A stretch of 64,000 nucleotides of DNA from positions 18,597 through 82,596 of the IMG/VR virus record IMGVR_UViG_3300042673_001351; one strand, written 5' to 3'. The position numbers were made by a program, and so were the translations under genes. The notes beneath the pieces were generated by a model, which did not search any database, had not been told where the DNA came from, and worked only from the letters and a program-made list of their open reading frames with translations. This document shows, piece after piece, positions 30,401 to 39,918 of this stretch. Source of the stretch: a virus (taxonomy: Duplodnaviria > Caudoviricetes). How positions within the stretch are numbered: position 1 is the stretch's first letter; every line of letters starts with the position of its first letter.

Positions 30401-30935
30401 TAATTTCAGTCACCTTAAAATTATCCCAAACAACAAATGAAGTTAGAGGTCTTACCTTTTTGTCTTTACTAGGCTGATGATGGTTCCAATAAGAAATTTC
30501 TTGTTTATTGGCAGTTTCTATGGCTTCCTCTTCACTGTTTGCCATAACATCTATTTCAAAATATTCTTCTACCTTATGAAAGACTTTATACGCCTTGCTA
30601 CCTTTTCCAAATTTTTTATTAGGCTCCACTAAAAATGTATATTCCCAAAATTCTCCATTTAAAACCTTAAATCTAACGCCCCGTTTAAAAATTATAGACG
30701 CACCAGCGCATAAGTCATGAACTGGACCATACTCCTCTGGGAAATCCACCGTAAAAAAATTTTTTCTGGCAACCAAAGCTTTTACGTAAAAAGGATCTTT
30801 ACTATCACTCCCATACATAAACTTACTTAATACAGTTTGATGTATTTTTTTTTCAATATCTAAATAATTTTCCAAGTTTAATGCGCCAAATGTATTAATA
30901 TTTGTTACTATAACTGAGGGCTTTTTATCATCCAT
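30393..30935 (-). CDS. Hypothetical protein
   Basis: Leaderless TATACT-N6-ATG; overlaps the desaturase start. Confidence 0.55.
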   Translation of the reverse strand: MDDKKPSVIVTNINTFGALNLENYLDIEKKIHQTVLSKFMYGSDSKDPFYVKALVARKNFFTVDFPEEYGPVHDLCAGASIIFKRGVRFKVLNGEFWEYTFLVEPNKKFGKGSKAYKVFHKVEEYFEIDVMANSEEEAIETANKQEISYWNHHQPSKDKKVRPLTSFVVWDNFKVTEINE

Positions 30936-31063
30936 TAATAAAGTATATCATTATATAATCCTAGTCGACTAATATATTCATATTTACCAAAATGTTAATA
31001 ATATTTTATTATGTATGATACACACATTTAAAATGTCCGATTTGTCCAGATAGAGCGACCATA

Positions 31064-31079
31064 TGTGAGGAGTATCACA
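31064..31079. promoter_or_regulatory. Perfect CRP/GlxR-type box
   Basis: TGTGA-GGAGTA-TCACA. Confidence 0.55.
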
Positions 31080-31183
31080 CGATTATTGAAAATATCTTCA
31101 TGATTTTTGCGACACGCCGAGCCATAACCCCTAAAATGTCAGTCCCCCATGTTAGGATTATAGTATAACAAAATAAAGAATTA

Positions 31184-31237
31184 GAGCGTGAGCCTAGCAA
31201 ATAATCCCGAAAGGGTGAGCCTAGCAAATAACCGCTC
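31184..31237 (+). repeat. 17-bp direct repeat inside a symmetric stem structure
   Basis: GTGAGCCTAGCAAATAA at 31188 and 31215, flanking CCC-GAAA-GGG and enclosed by GAGCG/CGCTC. Confidence 0.75.
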
Positions 31238-31258
31238 AACCTAACGAAAGGAAATAAA

Positions 31259-32326
31259 ATGAACGATTACCTAGATTACCTAGATGATATCTACGAGGAA
31301 TTAGTAGATGAGTTTGGACATGAGGCAGAAGCCGAGTGTGTCCATAATCACACCGCTAAATAAAGCGTGTCGTGTTGATAATGTCAGTCAGTAATGATAG
31401 TCTTACCTTAATGAACAACCTAACGAAAGAAGGACAGAAAATGGATAAACTAAACGAGGCACTAGAAGCCTTACAACAAGCAAACAAAGTGTTTGCTGAA
31501 ATGTTCGACATAGACGAGAGCGAGGCTAACTAATGTTATTTTTTGATTGGGTAGAGGATTATCCTCACATTGTTTTGCCTATCGTGTTAGGCACGATAAC
31601 TATAATTGCTATTGTCGGTGCTATTGTTAGTGGAGGTAATAACTAATGAAACTAACCTACTCAATTTGGCAAGGCTCTTTACAAAAGGGCACACTAACCG
31701 CTAAGAGCATTAAAGAAATTACTGCTCTAGTTAATGAATTAAACGAGGCAAACCCTCCGTTAAAATTCGAATACCTAATACACAAGATAGAGCAGGTGAA
31801 TAACTAATGATGACTAAATGGGACACTATCCAAGCGGACATAGCAGACGCTTACACCTACTTAGACGAGGCGGAGGTATTGGATAAACACAATACAGAAG
31901 CCCTATTTGATGAGGACATGATTAGCATGGACGAGGTAATTGAAAATGAATTAACACTAGATTGGGAGGCATACGAATAATGAACTTAGAATTATTTATA
32001 GATAGCGAATACTTTTCTCTATATATTAACGGGCTATGGCCTAATGGTGTCGGTATAGATATCCCGACATGGCTACTAGTTGGCTCTATTGCTTTTATTT
32101 ATTCTATCGTATTACTTAGGAGAGATAAATGAAATCACAATTCGAAAAGGATTTAGAATTAAAGGAAAGCTTCTGCCAGATGTTAGATGAGATTTATCCT
32201 ACTTATAAAATCGGAGTATCAACATTCACCGCCAGCGAAATCTTAGAGTGTTGCGATCCGATTGCGTTCTCTATTGGTTTAATTGAGCATGAGGAATATA
32301 TGCGTGAGGAAGGTCACATAGACTAG
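31259..32326 (+). CDS. Chain of seven micro-ORFs (31259-31363, 31441-31533, 31533-31646, 31646-31807, 31807-31980, 31980-32132, 32129-32326)
   Basis: Hand translation; TAATG/ATGA stop-start coupling; AACGAAAG RBS; several are very acidic and two are hydrophobic. Confidence 0.65.
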
Positions 32327-32562
32327 ACGGCGTGTCGCCTTGACAAAAGGCGGAAGCGCCCACAAAAGCTGTGGGGGCAAAATGTGATTTAAGACACATT
32401 TTAAAAAAACCCTGAAATTTGCGGCGTGTCGATTTGACACGATTTTTGTGATTAAGAACACATGACTTGAGCGTCTCAAAATGTGGAATTACTGGCTAGT
32501 AGGTAGAGAATTGTCGGTGGCTTCCGCTATAATTGCGGTATAACGAAAGGAAGTGGCTAACA

Positions 32563-32877
32563 ATGGCTAACTTATACACAATACAAGATTTACTAATTGG
32601 TAAAATCTATAACTCAAAAACTCTGCGTGGAGAAATTATCTCAGCAGATAAATCAGATATTTTTTATGAAAATGCTGAAGGATATTTGGTTCAGGTTAAA
32701 TCTGATACTGGTAAATATACTTACCGAAATATAGCAGTTAAGGTTGGTGAGTAAATGGGATACATAGAAATTTTTAGATTAGATGAGCAGGGTGCTGGCT
32801 GGGTAGATTTATCTCAAGCCACCCCGCAAGAATTACTAGATTTAGAAATCGGATTATTTCAGGAAGGTGCGCTCTAG
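32563..32877 (+). CDS. Two small hypothetical proteins (32563-32754, 32755-32877)
   Basis: Follow a TGTC promoter and an AACGAAAGGA RBS. Confidence 0.6.
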
Positions 32878-32948
32878 GGCGTGTCTATCCCGAAATTGTC
32901 GGTGGCTTAGGCTATAATTACATTAACAACAACGAAAGGAAAACTAAA

Positions 32949-33468
32949 GTGGGAAATATACTAGAAATACTTGCCGTATCTTGTGATGAGTGTGGCGGTG
33001 CTGGCTTCATATTTTGGGGCGATGAAAACAATTACGATGTAGAGAGTTGCGATTGCGCTCTAGAAATATGGGGTATCTAATGTATAGACTAGATACTTAC
33101 TATGATGGCGAATTAGAATATACATTTCAATTCGCTGACGCATTACAAGCCTTTGAGGCTTTCGCAAAATGTTATGATGTTGGATTTGCTAATGAATTCG
33201 CAACATATAATTTATCTATGCCAAATGGCAAAATGTATACTAAAAACTTTAATCGGATTGGATTGGTGTCGCAGAAATGATGACCCGTAAAGATTATATT
33301 GCTACTGCTGAAATTATGAAATATGTTTCAGATAAAACTCACCCTGCTTTATTTTCTAAAGTAGTTGTGGATTTTGCTTTAATGTTTGCGAAAGATAATC
33401 CTAAGTTTGACGCTAACAAATTTTATAGCGCAAGCGGTTATCGTATTCCGCAATTTAATTCTAAATAA
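32949..33468 (+). CDS. Three small proteins (32949-33080 CxxCxGxG zinc finger; 33080-33280; 33277-33468)
   Basis: Coupled ORFs after promoter and RBS; CDECGGAG. Confidence 0.6.
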
Positions 33469-33634
33469 ACGGCGTGGCGTCTTGACAAAGGCGCCAGCTG
33501 CGCCCACAAACCCTGTGGGGGCGTTTTGTGATTTAAGACACATGCACAAAATCCCCTGGATTTTGTGGCGTGTCGATTAGGTAATGTCGTAGGCCTCTGT
33601 TATAATTCTTATCCAACCAACGAAAGGTCAACTC

Positions 33635-33790
33635 ATGAACGATATTAACTCATGCTACTGTACTAACTATTCTATTTGCACAATTTGTGCCCGTGGCTAT
33701 TCTAGCGAAGGCATGGCCGTGTATGATCGTGATCTAGCGCAAGATTGGGCCATGTCAAGAATGGCTGATGCAGAAATGGGGGACCTATGA
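33635..33790 (+). CDS. Small Cys-rich protein (51 aa)
   Basis: MNDINSCYCTNYSICTICARG...; RBS; overlaps the next start. Confidence 0.55.
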   Translation: MNDINSCYCTNYSICTICARGYSSEGMAVYDRDLAQDWAMSRMADAEMGDL

Positions 33791-34539
33791 TGTCAGACGT
33801 AGCTGATACAATTCCACTTATGTTAAAAAGATCTAATGATCGCAAGGTTACTAACCTTGTATCTAAAAATGGCAAGACTTCTGCCATTGCTAATACTTTC
33901 GGCCTGCCTGCGGGTAAGGAATTCTCATGCCCTGGCGCTACTAGCATATGCGAAAGCGTATGCTATGCGGGTAAGTTAGAAAAAGTATATAAAGGCGTTA
34001 GAGACGTGCTCATTCACAATTGGAATTTACTTAAGGACGCCGACGAGCCTACTATGGTGGACCTAATAGAAAATATGATTAATGATTTTAGAAAAGATTG
34101 TGAAAAGAAAAATGCTAAGTTATTATTCCGTATTCATTGGGACGGAGATTTCTTTAATGATACCTATGCACGTGCATGGCAATATGTTATTTTAAACAAT
34201 ACCGATATTCAATTTTGGGTGTATACACGAGTTAAGTCTGCAGCGCTCATCCTAGACGGTATTGAAAACTTATCTCTTTATTATTCAACGGATGATGAGA
34301 ATAAAGATATAGCGCATGATCTACGCAAGACTGGTACTAAAATTAGATTGGCCTACTTAGGTAAAACCTTTGCCGTTACCGAAAATACTATGAAAGAATT
34401 AATTGGTAAGCCTGGCGCCAAATGTCCTGAAAATAATAAAAGCATTCCGTTAATTTCCACTAGTGGCAGCGCATGCGTGTCGTGTGGATTGTGTGTTTAT
34501 GGAAAAGCTGATATAAGATTTTCTGCAAGTAAAAAATAA
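33787..34539 (+). CDS. Phage Gp88-like protein with Cys cluster
   Basis: FGLPAG...SCPGATSICESVCYA...RIHWDGDF...FWVYTR...CP...CVSCGLC. Confidence 0.7.
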   Translation: MMSDVADTIPLMLKRSNDRKVTNLVSKNGKTSAIANTFGLPAGKEFSCPGATSICESVCYAGKLEKVYKGVRDVLIHNWNLLKDADEPTMVDLIENMINDFRKDCEKKNAKLLFRIHWDGDFFNDTYARAWQYVILNNTDIQFWVYTRVKSAALILDGIENLSLYYSTDDENKDIAHDLRKTGTKIRLAYLGKTFAVTENTMKELIGKPGAKCPENNKSIPLISTSGSACVSCGLCVYGKADIRFSASKK

Positions 34540-34799
34540 ATGGCAGCAACTTTAGGACAAATTTTTGGGGCCCTAATAGGGTTGGTATTAGTGGCCCCAT
34601 TCATAATTTTTATGTATATATCTCTTAGAAGATTTGATGTTGATCGAGACGGGACTAATGATTACTAAAAGGCGCCCACAAAGCTGCGGGGTCGGGCGTG
34701 TCGTTAAGGGTGTGATACAAATCACCCTGGAAAATACAGGCGTGTCTTAAAAAATGTCAGTTAAGTCTGCTATAATTCCAATCTAACGAAAGGAAAACA

Positions 34800-35069
34800 A
34801 TGGGATATAACACAGCGTCAGACTTAGCAGAGAGTTTTGACTTAGACCAAGCAATTCTACTTCATCTAAGAGGTAATCATTACCCACCCGTTCCATCATC
34901 TATGGTAGCACCATGTATTGATGCTATTGATGCTTATTATGCTGATGAACTTAATCAGTTAATTAAACTGCCTGAAGGAGTATTGTGGAAAGGCAAGCCT
35001 GAAGCCCCTGCCTATGCGATTATAGAGGCTCATCATCTACAAGCGTTTTTACCTGAAACCGACTTCTAA
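34800..35069 (+). CDS. Hypothetical phage protein
   Basis: HLRGNHYPPVP; promoter and RBS. Confidence 0.65.
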   Translation: MGYNTASDLAESFDLDQAILLHLRGNHYPPVPSSMVAPCIDAIDAYYADELNQLIKLPEGVLWKGKPEAPAYAIIEAHHLQAFLPETDF

Positions 35070-35115
35070 TTGTCGGTGGCTGGTGCTATAATAAACCCCT
35101 AACGAAAGGAAACAA

Positions 35116-35256
35116 ATGGAAATCGGAACAACATACACAACCACCACAAGTGGTATTACTGGAGTTATCAAAGCAATAGATAACCACCCAAGCGGAGTTA
35201 ATCGTATTCTGCTTGATGTAAATGGAACAGACCGCTGGACAAGCGTTAAAGCATAA
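35116..35256 (+). CDS. Small hypothetical protein (46 aa)
   Basis: Promoter and AACGAAAGGA RBS; MEIGTTYTTTTSGITG... Confidence 0.6.
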   Translation: MEIGTTYTTTTSGITGVIKAIDNHPSGVNRILLDVNGTDRWTSVKA

Positions 35257-35288
35257 CAAACCAACCCACCTAACGAAAGGAAACACAA

Positions 35289-35711
35289 ATGGCAAGAGGC
35301 AAAGCAATACAGGTAAAAATCGCAACAACTAAGGTTATCAAAGCCTTAGAAGTAAGATTAGCCAAACTAGAGGCTGATTACACAAAGCAAGACGAAAACG
35401 AAGCCAAATACCAAAAGGCTTTAGAGAAGTGGCGTAAGGAAATTGGCAAGTGGGCTATTGCTAATTTTACTAAATCAGAAAACCTACGCACCAACTATCG
35501 TCAATGGAACAAAACTCTCAATGTTGATTTTGATATAATTATTGACGAGAAAGATTTTCCTGCTGAACCAACTAAGGACTACGAGCAACTACATCAGCAC
35601 TCTTATCGTGAGATGAAAGATGAGATGGAAAATGCTATTCGTATTCTTAAAATGACCGATGAGGAAACTGTAAATGCTTCCACATACAACGCTATTGCTC
35701 GTTATCTTTAA
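35289..35711 (+). CDS. Hypothetical coiled-coil protein
   Basis: AACGAAAGGA RBS. Confidence 0.65.
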   Translation: MARGKAIQVKIATTKVIKALEVRLAKLEADYTKQDENEAKYQKALEKWRKEIGKWAIANFTKSENLRTNYRQWNKTLNVDFDIIIDEKDFPAEPTKDYEQLHQHSYREMKDEMENAIRILKMTDEETVNASTYNAIARYL

Positions 35712-35720
35712 TTAGATAAT

Positions 35721-35765
35721 CATAAGGGTGGGTGCGTGGGCGATAGACAACACCCACCCCTTATG
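35721..35765. terminator. Long hairpin
   Basis: cataagggtgggtg ... cacccaccccttatg. Confidence 0.5.
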
Positions 35766-35799
35766 GTATAATTTTTATCCCTACTAACAAAGGAACACA

Positions 35800-36012
35800 A
35801 TGCGGTATCGTGTAGAAATCTATGATGCTAATAAAGCTCATGATCTAACAATTTATTCTGCAAACAGTTACAACCGTGAATCATTAACTAAACTGGTTAA
35901 ACCTAATTTAAGCAAATTTGAAGGCAACGTTAAAGCATATGTTGTTGATACACAAGACAACAAAAAAGTATTTGCTGCATTCTTTCCAGAAGAGATACAA
36001 AACTCAATCTAA
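35800..36012 (+). CDS. Hypothetical protein
   Basis: TGG-TATAAT and AAAGGA RBS. Confidence 0.6.
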   Translation: MRYRVEIYDANKAHDLTIYSANSYNRESLTKLVKPNLSKFEGNVKAYVVDTQDNKKVFAAFFPEEIQNSI

Positions 36013-36189
36013 TAATCTTGGGCCAGGCTTTTATGTTCTCCTGGCCCATCTTCCCCTGCGCCCAAGCTTGAAGGCTTATCCACAACGTTACGGCAGCCTG
36101 TGGAAAACCCCCAAAATTTATGTCAAATAAGATAGACAATGTCAGTGCCCCCTGTTATAATAAACCTAACAAACAAACGAAAGGATAAA

Positions 36190-37197
36190 ATGGCTCATAA
36201 TCTCGAAGAGCAAGATGGTCAAGTAGCATTTGCGCTGCGTGGCGCTCCTGCTTGGCATAATCTTGCAAATCGCATTTTCGCTCAAGATGAAAATGTAACT
36301 ACCGCAACAATGCTTGAAGAAGCAAAGTTAAATAACTGGAATGTCCGCTTGTCGGATGTTGCAGATCATATCCCAAGCACATGGAGAAATACATCAGATA
36401 ATTTCTATGTGATTCGTGATAACCCGTTTGATCAAGGCACTGATGTTTTATCAGTTGTTGGCAAGCGTTACAAAACCGTTCAGAATGAAGAGTTATTTGC
36501 ATTTGCTGATAACGTTCTGGACAATGATGCTGCAAAATGGGAATCTGCTGGCTCAATTAAAAAGGGCAAAGTTGTATTCGGCTCATTAGATATTCCACGT
36601 GAAATCGTATTAGACCCACAAGGTATTAACGATAAAACTAAGTTATATCTAATTGTATGGACATCTCACGACGGTTCAGTTGCAGTTCAAGCAGCAATCA
36701 CACCCGTTCGTGTTGTATGCCAAAACACTCTTAATCTTGCAATGAAGGGCGCTAAGCAATCATTCAAGATTCGTCATACACAAACTGCTGAAGGCAGAAT
36801 TGTGCAAGCCCGTCAAGCATTGGGATTAACATTTGCATATGCAGATGCATTCCAAAAGGAAGCGGAAGAATTATTCAAGCAATCAGTTACCGATAAGCAA
36901 TTTTCGGATTTGATTCGCAATCTATATCCAAAGCCTGAAGCAGATGTTAAGGGCGCTTTAAAGAAGTGGGAGAATAAGGTTGTTCTAATTGATGACCTTT
37001 ATCATAACTCACCTACCAATAACACAATTAAAGGTACTGCTTGGGGTGCGTTTAATGCATTGACTGAGCGTTTAGATTATTACCGTACCGCCCGTACTGG
37101 TAATACTGAATCGCTAAATGCTGGTGCAAGTGGATTCGATCCAATACTAACTGCAGAGAAGAATAAAATTCTTAAAGCAGTTAAAGCGTTAGCCTAA
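36190..37197 (+). CDS. DUF932-family phage/plasmid protein
   Basis: MAHNL...PAWH...VVGKRY..VQN...ESAGS...SHDGS...TPVRVVCQNTL...IRHT...GTAWGAFNA. Confidence 0.8.
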   Translation: MAHNLEEQDGQVAFALRGAPAWHNLANRIFAQDENVTTATMLEEAKLNNWNVRLSDVADHIPSTWRNTSDNFYVIRDNPFDQGTDVLSVVGKRYKTVQNEELFAFADNVLDNDAAKWESAGSIKKGKVVFGSLDIPREIVLDPQGINDKTKLYLIVWTSHDGSVAVQAAITPVRVVCQNTLNLAMKGAKQSFKIRHTQTAEGRIVQARQALGLTFAYADAFQKEAEELFKQSVTDKQFSDLIRNLYPKPEADVKGALKKWENKVVLIDDLYHNSPTNNTIKGTAWGAFNALTERLDYYRTARTGNTESLNAGASGFDPILTAEKNKILKAVKALA

Positions 37198-37202
37198 ATA
37201 AA

Positions 37203-37222
37203 TGGGGCCCGAAAGGGCCCCA
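37203..37222 (+). other. GNRA-capped hairpin immediately 5' of the tRNA
   Basis: tggggccc-gaaa-gggcccca. Confidence 0.6.
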
Positions 37223-37227
37223 CCATT

Positions 37228-37301
37228 GGCCCATTAGCTCAGTTGGTTAGAGCGCTACCCTGTCACGGTAGAGGTCGACGGTTCAAGTCCGTTATGGGTC
37301 G
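37228..37301 (+). tRNA. tRNA-Asp(GTC), CCA not encoded
   Basis: Acceptor GGCCCAT/ATGGGTC, D arm, anticodon stem CTACC/GGTAG with loop CTGTCAC, GTTCAAG T-loop. Confidence 0.92.
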
Positions 37302-37421
37302 CAACGCCCCCAAAGCTAAAGGCAGGATTTTTTTCTTACGACAGGCATAATATTTTCCCCGAAATCCTTGTAATTGTCAGTTGGCACTGATACAATTGCG
37401 CTATTCAACGAAAGGAATAAT

Positions 37422-38180
37422 ATGCCTAACTGGGTGTATAACACATTAACAATACAAGGTCCAAAGTCTGAGATAGATTTTATCAAAGATAAACTTAACG
37501 AGCCATTTATGGTATGGCACGATAGTTGGAATTCTGAAACTATGCAAATGGAAGTAACTGAATCTACCTATTCTAATCCTGTCTTTGCATTTTGGAATAT
37601 ACATTCTCCATTACAAGACGGTATTACAATGCAAGAATATATTCAACAACCTACACGACTAGGAACAGACACGAGTGCACCTGACTGGTTTGCTAAAGAA
37701 GTAGCACATGCCATGACACAAAAAGATTGGTATTCATGGAATACAACTAACTGGGGAACTAAATGGGATGTTGCAATATCAGACGGAGAGAAGTATCCTG
37801 ATACTGAGTTGCTTGAATATAAATCAGAGGGTGATGATAACTGGTTGGTATATAAATATAATACTGCTTGGTCACCTGCTGTAACTATCTTAACTAAACT
37901 AAGTAATCTTATTCCTAACTCTCTACTAACCCTTGAATTTGAGGAGGAGACAGGTTGGGGTGGCGAATATGAGATTGTCCGTGGTGAAGTTAAAGAAAAT
38001 CTAGAATATACCAATATGTGCTATGCCTGCCAATCCCATGACACAATAGATTATTGTGAAGAGGGATGTGGGGAATTCTGTTCATCTTGCAAAGAAGGCT
38101 CTTGGATAGACGAAGAGGCTATGGCGCAATGTCAGACCCATAAGGTATACTTAACCACTACCAAAACGAAAGGAATATAA
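37422..38180 (+). CDS. DUF1281/YubB ferredoxin-like family protein
   Basis: MPNW...WYSWN..NWGTKWD...YNTAWSP; C-terminal Cys cluster. Confidence 0.7.
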   Translation: MPNWVYNTLTIQGPKSEIDFIKDKLNEPFMVWHDSWNSETMQMEVTESTYSNPVFAFWNIHSPLQDGITMQEYIQQPTRLGTDTSAPDWFAKEVAHAMTQKDWYSWNTTNWGTKWDVAISDGEKYPDTELLEYKSEGDDNWLVYKYNTAWSPAVTILTKLSNLIPNSLLTLEFEEETGWGGEYEIVRGEVKENLEYTNMCYACQSHDTIDYCEEGCGEFCSSCKEGSWIDEEAMAQCQTHKVYLTTTKTKGI

Positions 38181-39615
38181 TGTTAGACAACTTAGAAACA
38201 TCAATGTCAGTACCTCACGAGTATAACTCTAATCTACTTGTAACCTACAAGAAGATTGCAGGAACTTATGCAGCACCTGAAGCACCTGAATATATTACTC
38301 AGAAAGTAGTTGACTTAGAGTGGGCCCTTGAACAAGGTCGCCGTGCTGATGATTTATACAATGGCCTTAGACTTAAGGTTAATGAGTTAGAAGAACTTCT
38401 AGTTGAATTGTATAATCCTAATTATACAAAAGAGGAAGCGCTTCAACAAATAGCAGAACTGTTTGACTTTGAATTATCAAAGACAGTTACAGTAACTGGA
38501 ACTATTAACTTTGAAGTAACAGTTCAAGTACCACTTGATGAGATTGATAACTTTGATGCTCATTACAAACTCGGAGATGAACTTTCATTAACATCGTATG
38601 GCAGCGAAGTTGAAGTAAATGATTGGTCAATCGAAGATACAAATGTGGATTGGGACTAATGTACTTTGAACTTACTGCTCCGAACCAGGTAGCCTTTAAG
38701 CGGGCTATCTGGGAAGCGGACATAACTGGATTAGATCCACAAGAAATGGATTCATTGACTTTCAACATTGGAACTGGTAGTATTGAGAAGGTAAGTCGCA
38801 TTCGTGATAAATATAATTTAAAAGAAACTTATTTATCTCAATTCGAACCAACTGGATACTCAAGGAGAATATAATGTCAGATTACAGAGATGGATTTCAA
38901 GACGGGTATAAATTTGCTCGTGAAGAGATCATTGATAAACTAAGAGAAATTGATATCTCTGACATTGACGGGTTCTTATTAGATAAACTATCTGACATGA
39001 TTGAAGGTAACAAGATATGAGCGAATGGATTAAATGTGATGTTTGTCCAGCTCAGGCAATGCACCTTGTTAGAGGAACCACTGGCGAGCTGACATTTTGT
39101 GGCCACCATTACAATAAAGACAAAGAGGCCCTAGACAAATGGGGCTATGAGATGATAGAATTAAATAAAAAGGAAGAAACACCTCAACTAGAAAAGGCGG
39201 AAATATAATGGGAGACAGAGCAAACTTTGGATTCGTCCAACCTAACGGAAACACAATTGTGTTATACGGCCACTGGGCTGGACACAATATGCTTGGAAAA
39301 CTAGCAGACGCTGTCATTAAGGCACGTCCTCGCTGGAATGATGGTTCATATGCAACACGTATCGCAATCAGTCAAATGGTTGCAGATGAATGGAATATGG
39401 AAACTGGATGGGGACTATACGTAAATGAGATTGGCGATAATGAGCACAAGATTGCTATCGTTGATTTTAAGCAACAGACATTTAGTCTTCACGAGTGGGC
39501 CCCACACAATGACTTAGACAACAAAGTCCTAGGGATGAATAACAATCCAATATTTACAATGGATTTATCAGTCTTCTGCGAGAAGTATGCAATGGAAAAC
39601 ATCCTAGTCGTCTAG
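38180..39615 (+). CDS. Five coupled hypothetical ORFs (38180-38659, 38659-38874, 38874-39020, 39017-39208 CxxC/CxxH finger, 39208-39615)
   Basis: TAATG/ATGA coupling; CDVC...FCGHH. Confidence 0.6.
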
Positions 39616-39918
39616 CATGATATAATATTAATAGGCCATGGTGCCTATTATATGAAGGGTGCATCTACTCTAGGTGCTAAGTAAAGCAGGTTTTTCCTTT
39701 CGTTGAGGTCCTAGCAGCCCTTCTCTTAACCCCCGTGACTCTAAGCATGGGGGTTTAGCTTTGCCCCCAAAAGCGGAGGGTAGCATATGTTGTTTACGGA
39801 AGTCAAATATATTTCCCTGAAATCTCAAGCTTTGGACATGTGGTGTGAAACACACCTATATTCTATATACAATGTCGGTGGTCTGTTATATAATTAAGGT
39901 CCTAGCGAAAGGAATATA

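Larger units (their letters stand above)
31135..39894 (+). promoter_or_regulatory. Ten copies of an A(A/T)TGTC(A/G)GT ... TAnnnT promoter
   Basis: TGTC at 31137, 31382, 32512, 32897, 33585, 34755, 35071, 36140, 37375, 39873; the -10 hexamer starts exactly 16 nt later in every case. Confidence 0.8.

Noticed and set aside
37228-37301. tRNA as a prophage attachment site
   Set aside because: No integrase and no duplicated tRNA 3' end in the window; it sits inside a phage transcription unit.
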